64,000 nucleotides of DNA from Candidatus Heimdallarchaeum endolithica (lineage in GTDB: Archaea; Asgardarchaeota; Heimdallarchaeia; Heimdallarchaeales; Heimdallarchaeaceae): the NCBI GenBank assembly GCA_021513715.1, contig CP084167.1:2976001-3040000 (forward strand), read 5' to 3'. Made by a program: the position numbers and the translations under genes. Below the pieces are notes generated by a model, which saw only the letters and a program-made list of their open reading frames with translations, ran no database searches and was not told the DNA's origin. Below, piece by piece: positions 41,201 through 50,461 of this stretch (position 1 is its first letter; the number at the start of each line of letters is the position of its first letter).

Positions 41201-41340
41201 AATACTTTGTACCTCGGTTTATATTCTGAAAATAACTGATTTGATCCTCTTATAAAATCCAACTTTTTCTCTCCTTTTGCTACTATTACATTATTTTGTC
41301 TTCTTCCTATTATTGTTTTCCTTGTGTTCTTAAAAATCAC
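38284..41340 (-). CDS. PEP/pyruvate-binding (PPDK_N) domain protein with N-terminal receiver-like domains
   Basis: GSLGGKGRG, AIRSSSLLED..FAGIFET, MAVVIQEVVG, GLG..VV.G, IEFA..LQIRP; N-terminal REC-like segments; true start may be downstream. Confidence 0.8.
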   Translation of the reverse strand: MIFKNTRKTIIGRRQNNVIVAKGEKKLDFIRGSNQLFSEYKPRYKVFHELMKIRMKNILIVSSIYDSFLLEEDGRLSDQVYEEFRNLNLRTLPRITRVSLASEALELIKKEDFDLVITMSRVGDINPFSFGEKVKNIKNIPVVLLLNSIVEIKYLPEKSKRKYVDRIFVWNGDSKLFVAIVKHLEDKFNIDNDIKIANVRVFIFVEDSIRHYSLLLPELYGEIMKQTHRLILEGSNDYLDLLKMRIRPKILLAETYEEAVEYFSKYKDNVLGVITDVEFPRNGVLDKNAGINFIKMIKKETKNLPVILQSSKKEYQKIADELACFFIYKGSHEIISALNKWLLERVGFGDFIFRDEKGKELGKAKDIIDFYEQLKVIPYESLKYHGKNDHFSGWLNARGEFDVAEALKPRKVSEFTNEELRKFLLDNFRRIVVEKTKGIVNDFNKDSYHPEILFLRLRPGSLGGKGRGVAFLMFLIHSFKLQDLFPDVTITIPKTIVIGTDEFDKFMSDNNLYEFAHKPNVTDKQIKEKFVKAKLSSSLREDLQFLLKDLKKPLAIRSSSLLEDSAYQPFAGIFETYMLPNNNPDNKKRLNQLCTAIKLVYASPFLKLARTYAELIDMTVEQSKMAVVIQEVVGKRYDGRYYPNFSGTASSFNFYPIGHYMKSEDRIASVALGLGRYVVEGGQSIRFSPKYPKVNYYADIKELLNQSQNSFYAIDIEKDEFDIETTDPYVKKYNLTHAIKDGTLTKIADTYDFNSETLRTGYYQKGSPVITFNQQLKLEIFPLAEIVNTMMEIGEKAMGSSIEIEFAGNFRSNKEERDQFYMLQIRPFLLQEELEFEDYSMIQKDKIILFSNTVSGNLIRKDINDIVFVRPETFDKTKTLEIVQEIDELNAILSDKNLPYILIGFGRWGTADRFLGIPVKWTNINGAIAIVEASTADFSVDFSQGSHFFSSIVAGNLGYLYIKHNLEKHVINWGWLREQKIVEEKKYVVHVQTEVPLIVRVDAKRKEGMVFLPSSSKE

Positions 41341-41535
41341 TGTTTAGCGCTTTTTAACTTTTGAATCAGAGATTCAAAAGACACGTTTTACTCTTTTTTT
41401 GCTTTTTTGATGATTTTAGTTGAAAATATCTATAAATTTGGGAGATAAATATATGGTTTCAAAGGAAAAAGTATTTAAATAAAGTATTAGACGAACTCAT
41501 ACGTAACTAAGTTACTTATTTACAAGGTGAAAAAA

Positions 41536-41826
41536 ATGTCTGAAGGAGAAAATCAAGAAAGCGTAATTTTTATTGGCCGAAAATCGACTATTTCTTATGT
41601 GTTGGTAGCTGTTACCATACTAAATAAGAATGATACTTGCAATATTCAAGCACGTGGAAGACAAATTTCCAAGGCTGTTGATGTTGCAGAAATTACTCGA
41701 CGCAAATTCCTTGCTGATCAAGTCGTTGTAGACAATGTCACAATCTCATCAGAAGAATTGCCTTCTGATAATGGAGAAGGAACAAAAACAGTAAGTACAA
41801 TTGAAATTACTCTCAAAAAGAAATAG
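41536..41826 (+). CDS. albA: DNA/RNA-binding protein Alba
   Basis: IFIGRK...YV, ARGRQISKAVDVAE, VSTIEI.L; ATG at 41536. Confidence 0.93.
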   Translation: MSEGENQESVIFIGRKSTISYVLVAVTILNKNDTCNIQARGRQISKAVDVAEITRRKFLADQVVVDNVTISSEELPSDNGEGTKTVSTIEITLKKK

Positions 41827-41986
41827 TCTGTGAGAGTAGTTAAACGCAGAGATTTTTCCAATAATTTTTCTTTTTGTTTTATTTTGAAACTATTTTTCTG
41901 CTTATTTCCGTTTAATAGCATAGTTTGTGAAAATTCTGCGCTATTTCAAAATATTATTATATCTAAACTTTAAACAGTTATAGACA

Positions 41987-43771
41987 ATGAATATCCGAAC
42001 TAAAAGTGATTTTATTTTTGTGATTGTTGGTATATTTGTGTTCTCAGCTCTAAGAGTTGTTTATAGTCTTTTTGTTGTAAATTGGAGTAGTTATGTAAAA
42101 GGAGCAGCTACACCTTCATTTTTATTTTGGATAGATTTTATTTCCTATTTAGTGATTTTTCTGATATTTCTATTATATGGGTGGTATGTTCGAAGGAAAT
42201 TTGTTAAAAATAATCAAGATAAAGGAGACAATATTTTACATTACATAATAAAAATGTTTATTATAATTTATATTCCAATTTTTCTTATATCTTTAGTTGT
42301 TTTTCTTATAAAACAAATTAATCTAAAGGTGTATTATTCTACTTTAATATTCAATGAAACTGTTCAAATTGCATTTTTTAGCACATTAATAGGTACTCTT
42401 CTTTACAATCAAATTGAGCAGTTTTTTTCAAAAGTTTTTAAATCCTTTAACTATCAAAAGTACCCCTCTAAAGAGCTATCTCTTATTGAGCAATCAATGG
42501 TAAAAACAATAACACGTTATTGGAGTTATGGGCTATGCATAGTTCTCTTCTTTATATTTTTAGCAAATCTCTTGGTTCTGATTATTTATCCAAGTATCCC
42601 CGCAAATTATGATTCAGATATTAAACTAATTATTGCATACCCGAATTTTTCTTTTAGCTTCAATAACGAAACAGGTTTTCATCAAGAGTTTTTTACTTAT
42701 GTCAACCTTGATTATACCAAATTCCTTAACTGGAAATTGATACAATCTTTGCTTTGTATCTTATTAATTTTAGTGATGGTTTTACTTTACTATCTTCCCA
42801 TGCAAAAAAAAGAAACAGAACAAGTAAATGAGATTGAAAAGCACGAAGTAGAGGAAATTGAAGACCAAAAGCAAATTCAAAAAATAGAAAAAGAAACTCC
42901 TAAACAAAAAGAAAAAGTAAATAGTGATACAACTCTAGATCAAGAAATTGATTCTATTGTTTTTCTTAACGAAGAAGATGATTATTATACTCCGAAAGGT
43001 TTTATTAAAAAAAGAAATAGGCGATTTGAGCACTTGTTATCCCATATGAAAAAAAGTGACATTATTCCCGTAATGAATCTTGCAGCTTTGAATTTGGGTC
43101 TAGCTATGGTTTTTATTTATTTCCTTCAACTATTTGCTCCTTCAGCTTCTTTTTCAAGTTATTCATTGTCAGATTTTCTCTATATTCAACTTTCATCTTT
43201 ATATTGGGCGGGACTATTTGAAGAAATTTCTTTTAGATTCTTGATTATGGGTGTTCCCCTATTTTTTATTCATGGGGTTTATTATTTAGTAGTAAAACTT
43301 TTGCGATCTTCTAAATCAAAAAGAGAAGATAAAACAAAAGTAAAAGAAGAAAATAAGAAAAAAAGAACTTTAGAGAATCCTTTTCTTTACTTAACAGGTC
43401 GTTGGAAAAAGTTAAAAGTTATTGATTTTATTTTCTTAATAATTTCTTCTTTCTTCTTTGGATATGTTCATTACCAATTTGGAAGCTGGGCTGTTTGGAA
43501 AATTTTTCAAGCAGGGATCGCTGGAATTATTTTTGGGTATGCATACTATAAATTTGGTTTGCATGCTGCTATCTTTCTTCATACAGTAAATGATTTTGCA
43601 ATAGGATTAATGATTGTACCAAATTTAGGATTAATTATCCAAGGAGGATTTATAGTTTTAATGCTCATTTTAATGGGTGTAATGTATGCATTCTATGTTT
43701 TCTCATTATTTCTTAAGAAAACAATTAATTTAAACTTTAAAAAACTGAATAAGCAAAAAGAGGTAAACTAA
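41987..43771 (+). CDS. CPBP/Abi (Rce1-like CAAX) intramembrane glutamic protease with extra N-terminal TMs
   Basis: GLFEEISFR (motif 1), FFGYVHY (motif 2), AAIFLHTVND (motif 4); many TMs. Confidence 0.82.
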   Translation: MNIRTKSDFIFVIVGIFVFSALRVVYSLFVVNWSSYVKGAATPSFLFWIDFISYLVIFLIFLLYGWYVRRKFVKNNQDKGDNILHYIIKMFIIIYIPIFLISLVVFLIKQINLKVYYSTLIFNETVQIAFFSTLIGTLLYNQIEQFFSKVFKSFNYQKYPSKELSLIEQSMVKTITRYWSYGLCIVLFFIFLANLLVLIIYPSIPANYDSDIKLIIAYPNFSFSFNNETGFHQEFFTYVNLDYTKFLNWKLIQSLLCILLILVMVLLYYLPMQKKETEQVNEIEKHEVEEIEDQKQIQKIEKETPKQKEKVNSDTTLDQEIDSIVFLNEEDDYYTPKGFIKKRNRRFEHLLSHMKKSDIIPVMNLAALNLGLAMVFIYFLQLFAPSASFSSYSLSDFLYIQLSSLYWAGLFEEISFRFLIMGVPLFFIHGVYYLVVKLLRSSKSKREDKTKVKEENKKKRTLENPFLYLTGRWKKLKVIDFIFLIISSFFFGYVHYQFGSWAVWKIFQAGIAGIIFGYAYYKFGLHAAIFLHTVNDFAIGLMIVPNLGLIIQGGFIVLMLILMGVMYAFYVFSLFLKKTINLNFKKLNKQKEVN

Positions 43772-44358
43772 TGTCACTTGATAACAAACTATACTTTAAG
43801 GTTGTTTTAGCTGGGGAAGCAGGTGTAGGAAAAACAAGTCTTCGAAGAAGTTATCTTGGAGTGGGATTCCAAACACAGCATTTAAGCACTATAGGTGCAG
43901 ACTTTGCTAGTTACTCTACGAAGATAAATGAACAACGAGTGAATTTTCAGATTTGGGATTTAGCAGGTCAAGATATCTTTGAAAGTATGAGAAATTTATA
44001 TTATAAAGGGAGTTTGGGTGCATTAATGGTTTTTGATGTAACAGACATTTCTAGTTTAGATGCATTAAGTAACTGGATATCAGAATTAGAGAAGAATTCA
44101 GGAAGAGGAGTTGTTCCTTTTTCGATATTAGGAAACAAAATAGATTTGTTAGATAAGGAAGAACTTGAAAAAATAAGAAAAAAAGTAGATTTAATATTGA
44201 AAAAGTACAATAAAAAATTTGAAAGTAAAGGTTTTTCGATAAATTATTTTGAAACTTCTGCAAAAACTGGTCACAATGTTAAGATGGCTTTCAACAACCT
44301 TGGAGAAGCAATTTTTAATTATCTTGATTTCAGAAGAAAGAAGAGGGAAGAAAATTGA
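43771..44358 (+). CDS. Rab/Ras-like small GTPase
   Basis: GEAGVGKTS, TIGADF, WDLAGQ, NKID, ETSAK; polybasic C-terminus without Cys. Confidence 0.93.
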   Translation: MSLDNKLYFKVVLAGEAGVGKTSLRRSYLGVGFQTQHLSTIGADFASYSTKINEQRVNFQIWDLAGQDIFESMRNLYYKGSLGALMVFDVTDISSLDALSNWISELEKNSGRGVVPFSILGNKIDLLDKEELEKIRKKVDLILKKYNKKFESKGFSINYFETSAKTGHNVKMAFNNLGEAIFNYLDFRRKKREEN

Positions 44359-46709
44359 AAAGCGTTGACATTGAACTGAAAGATTTACTAAAAACTGGAA
44401 AAAAAGAATCTATTGATATCAATAATTTAAAAAAACTGAAAAGTATAATCTTTTTTCTAAATGATGAAGATCGTGTAGTTAGACGTAATGCACAAGAGAT
44501 TCTTTTATCTGCGCCTATAATCCCAGTTAGCGAAATAGTTGATCTTTATCTTTCTGTGAATAGCGAATATGTTGCTGATTTTATACTTGAAAATTTAAAT
44601 ATCTTTTTGGTTGAGTTAGTAGACCGTTTTAACAGTAAAATAGATAGTATCCTTATTTCAGAGTTAATTAAAAAAATACCAGTTAAAGACTTGTTTGCTA
44701 CATTAGTTGAAATAGCTGAAATTACTCCTGTTTCAGCTAAAAAGGCAGAACTTATAATCAGAACATGTCACCCTTCTTTTTCAGAAAGTATGAATTCACT
44801 AATATCTTATGATTATATTGAAAATTTCAAGAAAGAAGTAAAAAAACTTCTCTCTATAAGACTTAAAGAGAATGATAAAAATATTACAACTCTAGTATTA
44901 AAAACAGTATGTTTCTTTCCTGAACTTCCTCCATTGATAGAGAAAGAGCTAATCGATATTATTAATCATTCAGATATAGAAGAGCACATAATTTATGCAA
45001 CTACAGCATTAATAAATGTTGATAATAAAAAGAACGCTCAAATTTTGGCTAATAGGCTTAAATATGGAAAAGATTCGGAAAAAGTAAAGTTAGCTATCAT
45101 TGAATCCCTTGGTAATTTAGGGAATCCAAAAATAGCTCCTATAATGATAGAGTTATTTGACGAGGGGGGACAAATAGCTTATTCTATATCTAAAAGCTTG
45201 GGGTCAATGGGTGTAGAAGTTTTGCCCTATTTAGTCCAAGCTCTAAAAGAGGACAAATATATTCCGAACATTGTAGAGGCTATGAAACGTATTGGAAGCG
45301 CAAGTTTTGAATATTTGATGACAAGTTTGGAAAAAGAACGGAATATACAAATTAGAAAAAATATTGCTCATTGTTTAACCTTGGTAATGCATGAACAATA
45401 TGGTTATGAAGGAACAATCAAACTTCTGACTAATGAACTAGCAGGAAAAAATCGGGAACTAGTAGATGCAGTAACTCAAGCATTAATAAATTTAGGTACT
45501 CCTTCTATAGAATATCTGATCGATGAACTAAATGATAAAGATCGAGAATTAAGGAAAAATGCAGTAAAGATACTTGAACATTTTGGAGAAGGAAATATTG
45601 AAATTGCTCTCGATGGACTACTTGAAACAGATGAAGATAGAGTAGGTACTTTAAGTATTATATTATACATTTATCATCCTGATGAAAGACTGAGAAAATT
45701 GGGTTATTCTTTTGCTATTCATAAAGGAAATCTAAGAGCAAAGAAAAATGATAATTTATTGATGATACTAACTGATGCACTGAATGAAATTGACCCCTAT
45801 ATTCGTATTCGTTCATGTGATATGCTTGAATACTTCAAAAGTAAAGCTATTCCTCATTTAACTAAACTTCTATCAGACCCCAATATTTTAGTTAAGAGAA
45901 AAGCAGCAGAAGCACTACGCACAATAAAAAGTAAAAGAGCATTGATTGCGTTGATGAACGCTGCAACAGATAAAGACCCTATAGTATCAGAAATATCGAC
46001 AAGGGCTTTGGGAGAGTTAGGAGACCCAGGAGTCGTAGATATTATTCTTGCAAACCTAAAGAGAAATAGTCAAACTATTTATGAAGCATCAGTTTACGCT
46101 CTCTCACAATTGGGTACGCCTATACTGAACAAAATAACAAAGGAATTGAGTAGCTCCAATAAGAAAGTCGTAGATGGTATAGTTGATGCAGTTTCAAAAA
46201 TAGGTGTAGTTGGATTAGAAATTCTGATAAAGAAATATTTAGAAGAAAATGGAAGAAGAGTCTCTCAAATTGAACGAATAATCGGAAAGATGGGCGAGAC
46301 AGCGATACCTGAAATATTAAAAATATATGAAAGGATTAATGATTCTCAAAAGAAAGAAAAGTTGTTGAAATTAAGAGCTAAAATTAAAGATACTTCAGTA
46401 GCGACAGAAATAGTTGAAAAGATTCAAAAACCATCAAGTAAAAAAATAGCAATTGAACTTATAAATTTAATAGGTGTTGAGTGTGCTCATAAGCTAGTTG
46501 ATGAACTGCTTAAATTAGAGCAAAATAAGGTTAAAAGAATTTTCACAAAGAATATAAAAATTGAACCAAAAATATTAGTTTCAATTATTAAGGAATTGAA
46601 ATTAAGAGAACAACAGCAATTGGCTTTGCATCTTATTAATCAAAACCAAAAAGCGTTAAAGAAATTTGTAAGTGAGAATCCAGAATTTGAAAGTTTGTTT
46701 GAAGGATAA
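44355..46709 (+). CDS. HEAT-repeat (alpha-solenoid) protein
   Basis: Repeated L.D.D..VR..A..AL units; start overlaps the GTPase stop (TTGA). Confidence 0.85.
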   Translation: MKSVDIELKDLLKTGKKESIDINNLKKLKSIIFFLNDEDRVVRRNAQEILLSAPIIPVSEIVDLYLSVNSEYVADFILENLNIFLVELVDRFNSKIDSILISELIKKIPVKDLFATLVEIAEITPVSAKKAELIIRTCHPSFSESMNSLISYDYIENFKKEVKKLLSIRLKENDKNITTLVLKTVCFFPELPPLIEKELIDIINHSDIEEHIIYATTALINVDNKKNAQILANRLKYGKDSEKVKLAIIESLGNLGNPKIAPIMIELFDEGGQIAYSISKSLGSMGVEVLPYLVQALKEDKYIPNIVEAMKRIGSASFEYLMTSLEKERNIQIRKNIAHCLTLVMHEQYGYEGTIKLLTNELAGKNRELVDAVTQALINLGTPSIEYLIDELNDKDRELRKNAVKILEHFGEGNIEIALDGLLETDEDRVGTLSIILYIYHPDERLRKLGYSFAIHKGNLRAKKNDNLLMILTDALNEIDPYIRIRSCDMLEYFKSKAIPHLTKLLSDPNILVKRKAAEALRTIKSKRALIALMNAATDKDPIVSEISTRALGELGDPGVVDIILANLKRNSQTIYEASVYALSQLGTPILNKITKELSSSNKKVVDGIVDAVSKIGVVGLEILIKKYLEENGRRVSQIERIIGKMGETAIPEILKIYERINDSQKKEKLLKLRAKIKDTSVATEIVEKIQKPSSKKIAIELINLIGVECAHKLVDELLKLEQNKVKRIFTKNIKIEPKILVSIIKELKLREQQQLALHLINQNQKALKKFVSENPEFESLFEG

Positions 46710-46710
46710 A

Positions 46711-47715
46711 CTAAAATTCTTTTTTTTCAATTTTTCCTTTTTGTATTTGTGGTATTAACTCTTTTATCAGTAAAGGAAGTAAGTTAAGTTCCATGTGAAA
46801 AGGAGAGTAGATCTCTAAAGTTTTTTCATTTAAATTAAAATAAGGTTTTTCAACTGTTTGTACAAGATAATGGTCTAAAATTTTGAAATCTTGAATGGTT
46901 GAAAAGAGTTTGGAAAAATTTTCAGTTAATTGTTGTAAACTATTCTCTTTTTCTGATTTTGAAGTAAGCTGGAAAAGGTTTAGATACCCTTCTGTCTCCA
47001 TGTTAATATATAATTTAGTTGTGTTGTCAATCAAATTTATTCTTGGAAATTTTTCTACTAAAGGTGTTTTAGCTGCTAGAACATTAATTAGTTTATTTCT
47101 CCCAGGAAAAATAGTATGATCTGTCAGTATCAAAAATTCTTTAAAACCGACCTTTTTACTTTTAAAGAGAAATTCCTTATTCTTTTGGTTGTAACTGACT
47201 TCTTCTCTCTTATATTCTATTAATTCTACCTTTAGTTTTTTTAGTTCATCTAAAATATAAGCTGTTAAACCTCCTAAATTATTTATTACAAGTGAGGAAT
47301 CAGAAATTAATCCCTTGTTATATTTCTCTGAATTTAATAAAGGGAGGGTTTGTTTAATCTCTTTTTGTTTTAAAATACTACAATCCATATTAGAATTTTG
47401 CAATTTATTATACATCTCTTCAGTTTCACGTAGAGAACTGTTTAGAATTAATAGTGAAGCTTTTGAGATATCAAAAGATTTTGTAGTATAAAATAAATCA
47501 TTATAAAATTCTAAAGAGGTAGTCAATATTTGTTCAATTTTTTCAGGTCGGTATGAAAATATTGGATAAACAAAACTAGGGAGAAAAAGACTGTTGCGAA
47601 TAAGCTCTTCGTTGTAAAAATAAGATATATTTAGGTTTGAATTTGCATTTATTATTTCATAGGCTAAAATTAAGCTGGTGAGATTATTTCCAACGACAAC
47701 TATGTCTCTTTCCAT
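46711..47715 (-). CDS. Divergent DAO-like FAD-dependent oxidoreductase fold protein
   Basis: N-terminal DIVVVGNNLTSLILAYE (degenerate GxGxxG); EIKQTLPLL motif as in DAO family. Confidence 0.5.
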   Translation of the reverse strand: MERDIVVVGNNLTSLILAYEIINANSNLNISYFYNEELIRNSLFLPSFVYPIFSYRPEKIEQILTTSLEFYNDLFYTTKSFDISKASLLILNSSLRETEEMYNKLQNSNMDCSILKQKEIKQTLPLLNSEKYNKGLISDSSLVINNLGGLTAYILDELKKLKVELIEYKREEVSYNQKNKEFLFKSKKVGFKEFLILTDHTIFPGRNKLINVLAAKTPLVEKFPRINLIDNTTKLYINMETEGYLNLFQLTSKSEKENSLQQLTENFSKLFSTIQDFKILDHYLVQTVEKPYFNLNEKTLEIYSPFHMELNLLPLLIKELIPQIQKGKIEKKEF

Positions 47716-47766
47716 TATTCAAATATTAACAAATGTATTTATAAATTCGATTGTGTAGAGAAACGT

Positions 47767-48042
47767 ATGTCATATGTGATAAAATTAAAAGTAATTAAAC
47801 AAGAAGGACATTGTGCTTCAGGGCACAAAGTAGGGGATGAAATCGAGATTAATTATAATGATAATTCAATAAAAGGAAAAATATGTCTTCACGCTCTCTA
47901 TTCTATTCTTCCTAAAGTTTTTGCTATGGCGTATGGAGCTGAGTTTCCTTGGTTAGAAAATGCTGATGTTTCTACACATGCCTGTCCAGATTACAAGAAT
48001 CCAGTGGTTTTTGAGGTTAGAAGAGAAAAAATAAAAGAATAA
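47767..48042 (+). CDS. TIGR04076-like small Cys-containing protein
   Basis: GHCASGHKVGD, ICLHAL, CPD..NPVVFEV. Confidence 0.75.
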   Translation: MSYVIKLKVIKQEGHCASGHKVGDEIEINYNDNSIKGKICLHALYSILPKVFAMAYGAEFPWLENADVSTHACPDYKNPVVFEVRREKIKE

Positions 48043-48081
48043 TTTAGTTCTATATATTCTTGAAATGAAAAAAAAAGGATG

Positions 48082-49002
48082 CTACCCTCTGACCAATTTT
48101 ATTATTGCATCTATTATAAAATCCAACAGAAATACTAGGAATACAATTAATAATATCTCTTTTGTAGTATATGCCCATTTAGGATTTTGAGTAATGATTA
48201 TGGCTATAGCTAAACCTAATACTAGTACAGCTAAGGTAATAGCAATAATAAGTGAGGGTAAGTATAAGTCAGCAATAATCATAGCACCAATAGCTCCACC
48301 TGCGAGACCTAGAAGGAAAAAAGCACCTATGATACCTGCTACTCTTGGACCAAAGAGAACAGCTATAGTTTTGTTTCCTGCTTTTTTATCCCCTTCGATG
48401 TCTGGTAAACCTTTTATTACTTCTCTTCCTACATTACCAGAAGCTGCTGCGAGACCAACAATTGTTGGAACCCAAGTAAAACCTTGTTGATAAACAAAAT
48501 AACTGAATAAAGATCCATAGACAAAGAGAGCTACAACATTTAATCCAATAAGTACATTACCAAAAAATCCCATCTGCTTTACTTTGAAATTGTATAAGTT
48601 TAATGAACTTCCAAATATTAAGGCAGTAATAACACTTATTCCTGGTAAACCTTCTCTGACATCGATTAACAAAGCTAAAATTAACGCGATCAAGGCGACA
48701 ATTATACCATAAATAATTGCAGTTTTTACTGATATTTTCTTTGATGGTATAGGTCTGTGTGGAGCATTTATTAGATCCTCTTCTCTATCTGCAATATCAT
48801 TAAAAATCATAGCTTGAGAGGAAACTAGCATACCTGATAATAGAACGAGTAAAAGGGTTATATAATCAATTTTTGTTCCTACAGGAGTTGATAAAATAAT
48901 AGCAAAAATTGCAGCTGTTCCTGCTACTATGCCATTTACTAACCTAAGAATTGTTATATAGGAAAGAAAAATATCCTTCTTCGAATGTTTTGCTAAAGAC
49001 AT
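48082..49002 (-). CDS. UbiA-family prenyltransferase, probable digeranylgeranylglyceryl-phosphate synthase
   Basis: NDIADREEDLINAPHRPIPS; REVIKGLPDIEGD..G.KT. Confidence 0.85.
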   Translation of the reverse strand: MSLAKHSKKDIFLSYITILRLVNGIVAGTAAIFAIILSTPVGTKIDYITLLLVLLSGMLVSSQAMIFNDIADREEDLINAPHRPIPSKKISVKTAIIYGIIVALIALILALLIDVREGLPGISVITALIFGSSLNLYNFKVKQMGFFGNVLIGLNVVALFVYGSLFSYFVYQQGFTWVPTIVGLAAASGNVGREVIKGLPDIEGDKKAGNKTIAVLFGPRVAGIIGAFFLLGLAGGAIGAMIIADLYLPSLIIAITLAVLVLGLAIAIIITQNPKWAYTTKEILLIVFLVFLLDFIIDAIIKLVRG

Positions 49003-49057
49003 AAGGTCTAATCATTAACAGATGAATTTAAATCTTACCTCTTTTTTTATGTATAAA

Positions 49058-49240
49058 TTATTCTCTCTTCTTCCCAGTGATTTCAAATGTTTTGATTTCA
49101 TTACTACTATCTGGAAGTTTTAGCAGTTCTAAAAGAGATAAGATCATTTTACCAAATAATTTTTCCATAAACTCATTTAAGGGAACTTCTTTATCATTTA
49201 TTTTTACTTCTATTTCATCTAACATGGAAAAAGAAAACAC
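49058..49240 (-). CDS. Small hypothetical protein (resembles the MobB-associated C-terminal domain)
   Basis: VKINDKEVPLNEFM..LF...ILSLL..LK pattern. Confidence 0.55.
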   Translation of the reverse strand: MFSFSMLDEIEVKINDKEVPLNEFMEKLFGKMILSLLELLKLPDSSNEIKTFEITGKKRE

Positions 49241-49441
49241 TAATGAGTTTATTAATTTTATCTTAATTTCAAAAAAACAATTACTATTTCCTATTGTTTC
49301 ATTATTTACAAGGCATTAAATATATGAGTTAAGAATTCCTTTATCACTTTTGTATAAGCAATTGAAAAATTTAAAGAAAAGAAACAATAAAATTATATTT
49401 AAATATCATGAGCGTAGGTAAGAATATAGGTGTAAATTTTC

Positions 49442-50452
49442 ATGGAAGTAGGTGTGTTAATTTTTTTGCTACTAATTGCATTAGCAGTGTACATATCTCT
49501 AAGAGTTTATTCTACTAATAAGAAAAAGAGAAAAGTTTATCGTAAAAGATATCAACCTTATCAACCTTACAGACCTTATCAACCATCACACCTAGATTCT
49601 TCTCGAAGAGCAAGTTATCAAAGTGAACAATCTACTCCAACAACAAGGAGTTCTCCTACTTATCAACCTCAGACTAAACCGTCTTATACTCCCAGTTATT
49701 CCCCAAGAAGAACCCCTGTAGTAACAAATAATGCAGATGATTACTATCGTGCAGGAATGTATGATAGAGCAAAGGAAGAATATCTTAAGACAGGAAGAAT
49801 ATTTGGTGCAGCGAAATCTGTTGCCTCTAAAGGAAAAGAGTATGTAAAAGAAGCTTTAGAAATAATTAAACAATATGCTCCTGAAAGAGAAGAAGAAATG
49901 ATAAGAAATCTTTCAAGATACTTTTTTGATAGTGGAGAAGTAGAATTATCAGCACAGGTATTATATGATTATAACCTTATTGAAGAAGCTAAAGCAGTTT
50001 TAGCAACTATAGGAAAGAGTATAGACGATATAGTAGAACCTAAATCTGTAGAAATTAGCACATTCAGCAGTACTGAGCCCTTTATGTCTAGTACTGAAAC
50101 AGAAACTGAAACTATTATTTCCAGTTTTGCTAGTGATACTGAGCCAATAAGTGATGCAAGAGAAGAGTTAAGAGTATTGGCGAATGAAGAAGAAACAGAA
50201 CCAATTGAACCTTTTTCAAGCCAAGTTGAAGAAACAAAAAAAATAGAACCTCAAAAATTAAAGATAGCTACAGTAGATTTAGAAGAGAGATGTACTGTTT
50301 GTTTAGGGGAGATAAAGGCAGGAGAAAGTTTTGTTAGATGTCCTCATTGTGGAAAACCCTCGCATTATTCTCATTTAGTAGAATGGTTGAAAGTTAAAAC
50401 TCAATGTCCTAATTGTAGAAATAAACTGTCGTTGAATATGTTTAAAACATAA
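49442..50452 (+). CDS. Membrane-anchored RING-finger protein (E3 ubiquitin ligase-like)
   Basis: N-terminal TM; Q/P/Y/S low-complexity region; helical middle; CTVC...CPHC...H..H..EW.....CPNC. Confidence 0.75.
   Translation: MEVGVLIFLLLIALAVYISLRVYSTNKKKRKVYRKRYQPYQPYRPYQPSHLDSSRRASYQSEQSTPTTRSSPTYQPQTKPSYTPSYSPRRTPVVTNNADDYYRAGMYDRAKEEYLKTGRIFGAAKSVASKGKEYVKEALEIIKQYAPEREEEMIRNLSRYFFDSGEVELSAQVLYDYNLIEEAKAVLATIGKSIDDIVEPKSVEISTFSSTEPFMSSTETETETIISSFASDTEPISDAREELRVLANEEETEPIEPFSSQVEETKKIEPQKLKIATVDLEERCTVCLGEIKAGESFVRCPHCGKPSHYSHLVEWLKVKTQCPNCRNKLSLNMFKT
49550..49585 (+). repeat. Intragenic 9-bp tandem repeat (YQP x4, imperfect)
   Basis: TATCAACCT TATCAACCT TACAGACCT TATCAACCA. Confidence 0.85.
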
Positions 50453-50461
50453 TCAAATGTT

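Noticed and set aside
49620-49720. RNA polymerase II CTD-like heptads (SPTY, PSYSP) in the RING protein
   Set aside because: No regular heptad periodicity; generic S/P/T/Y low complexity.
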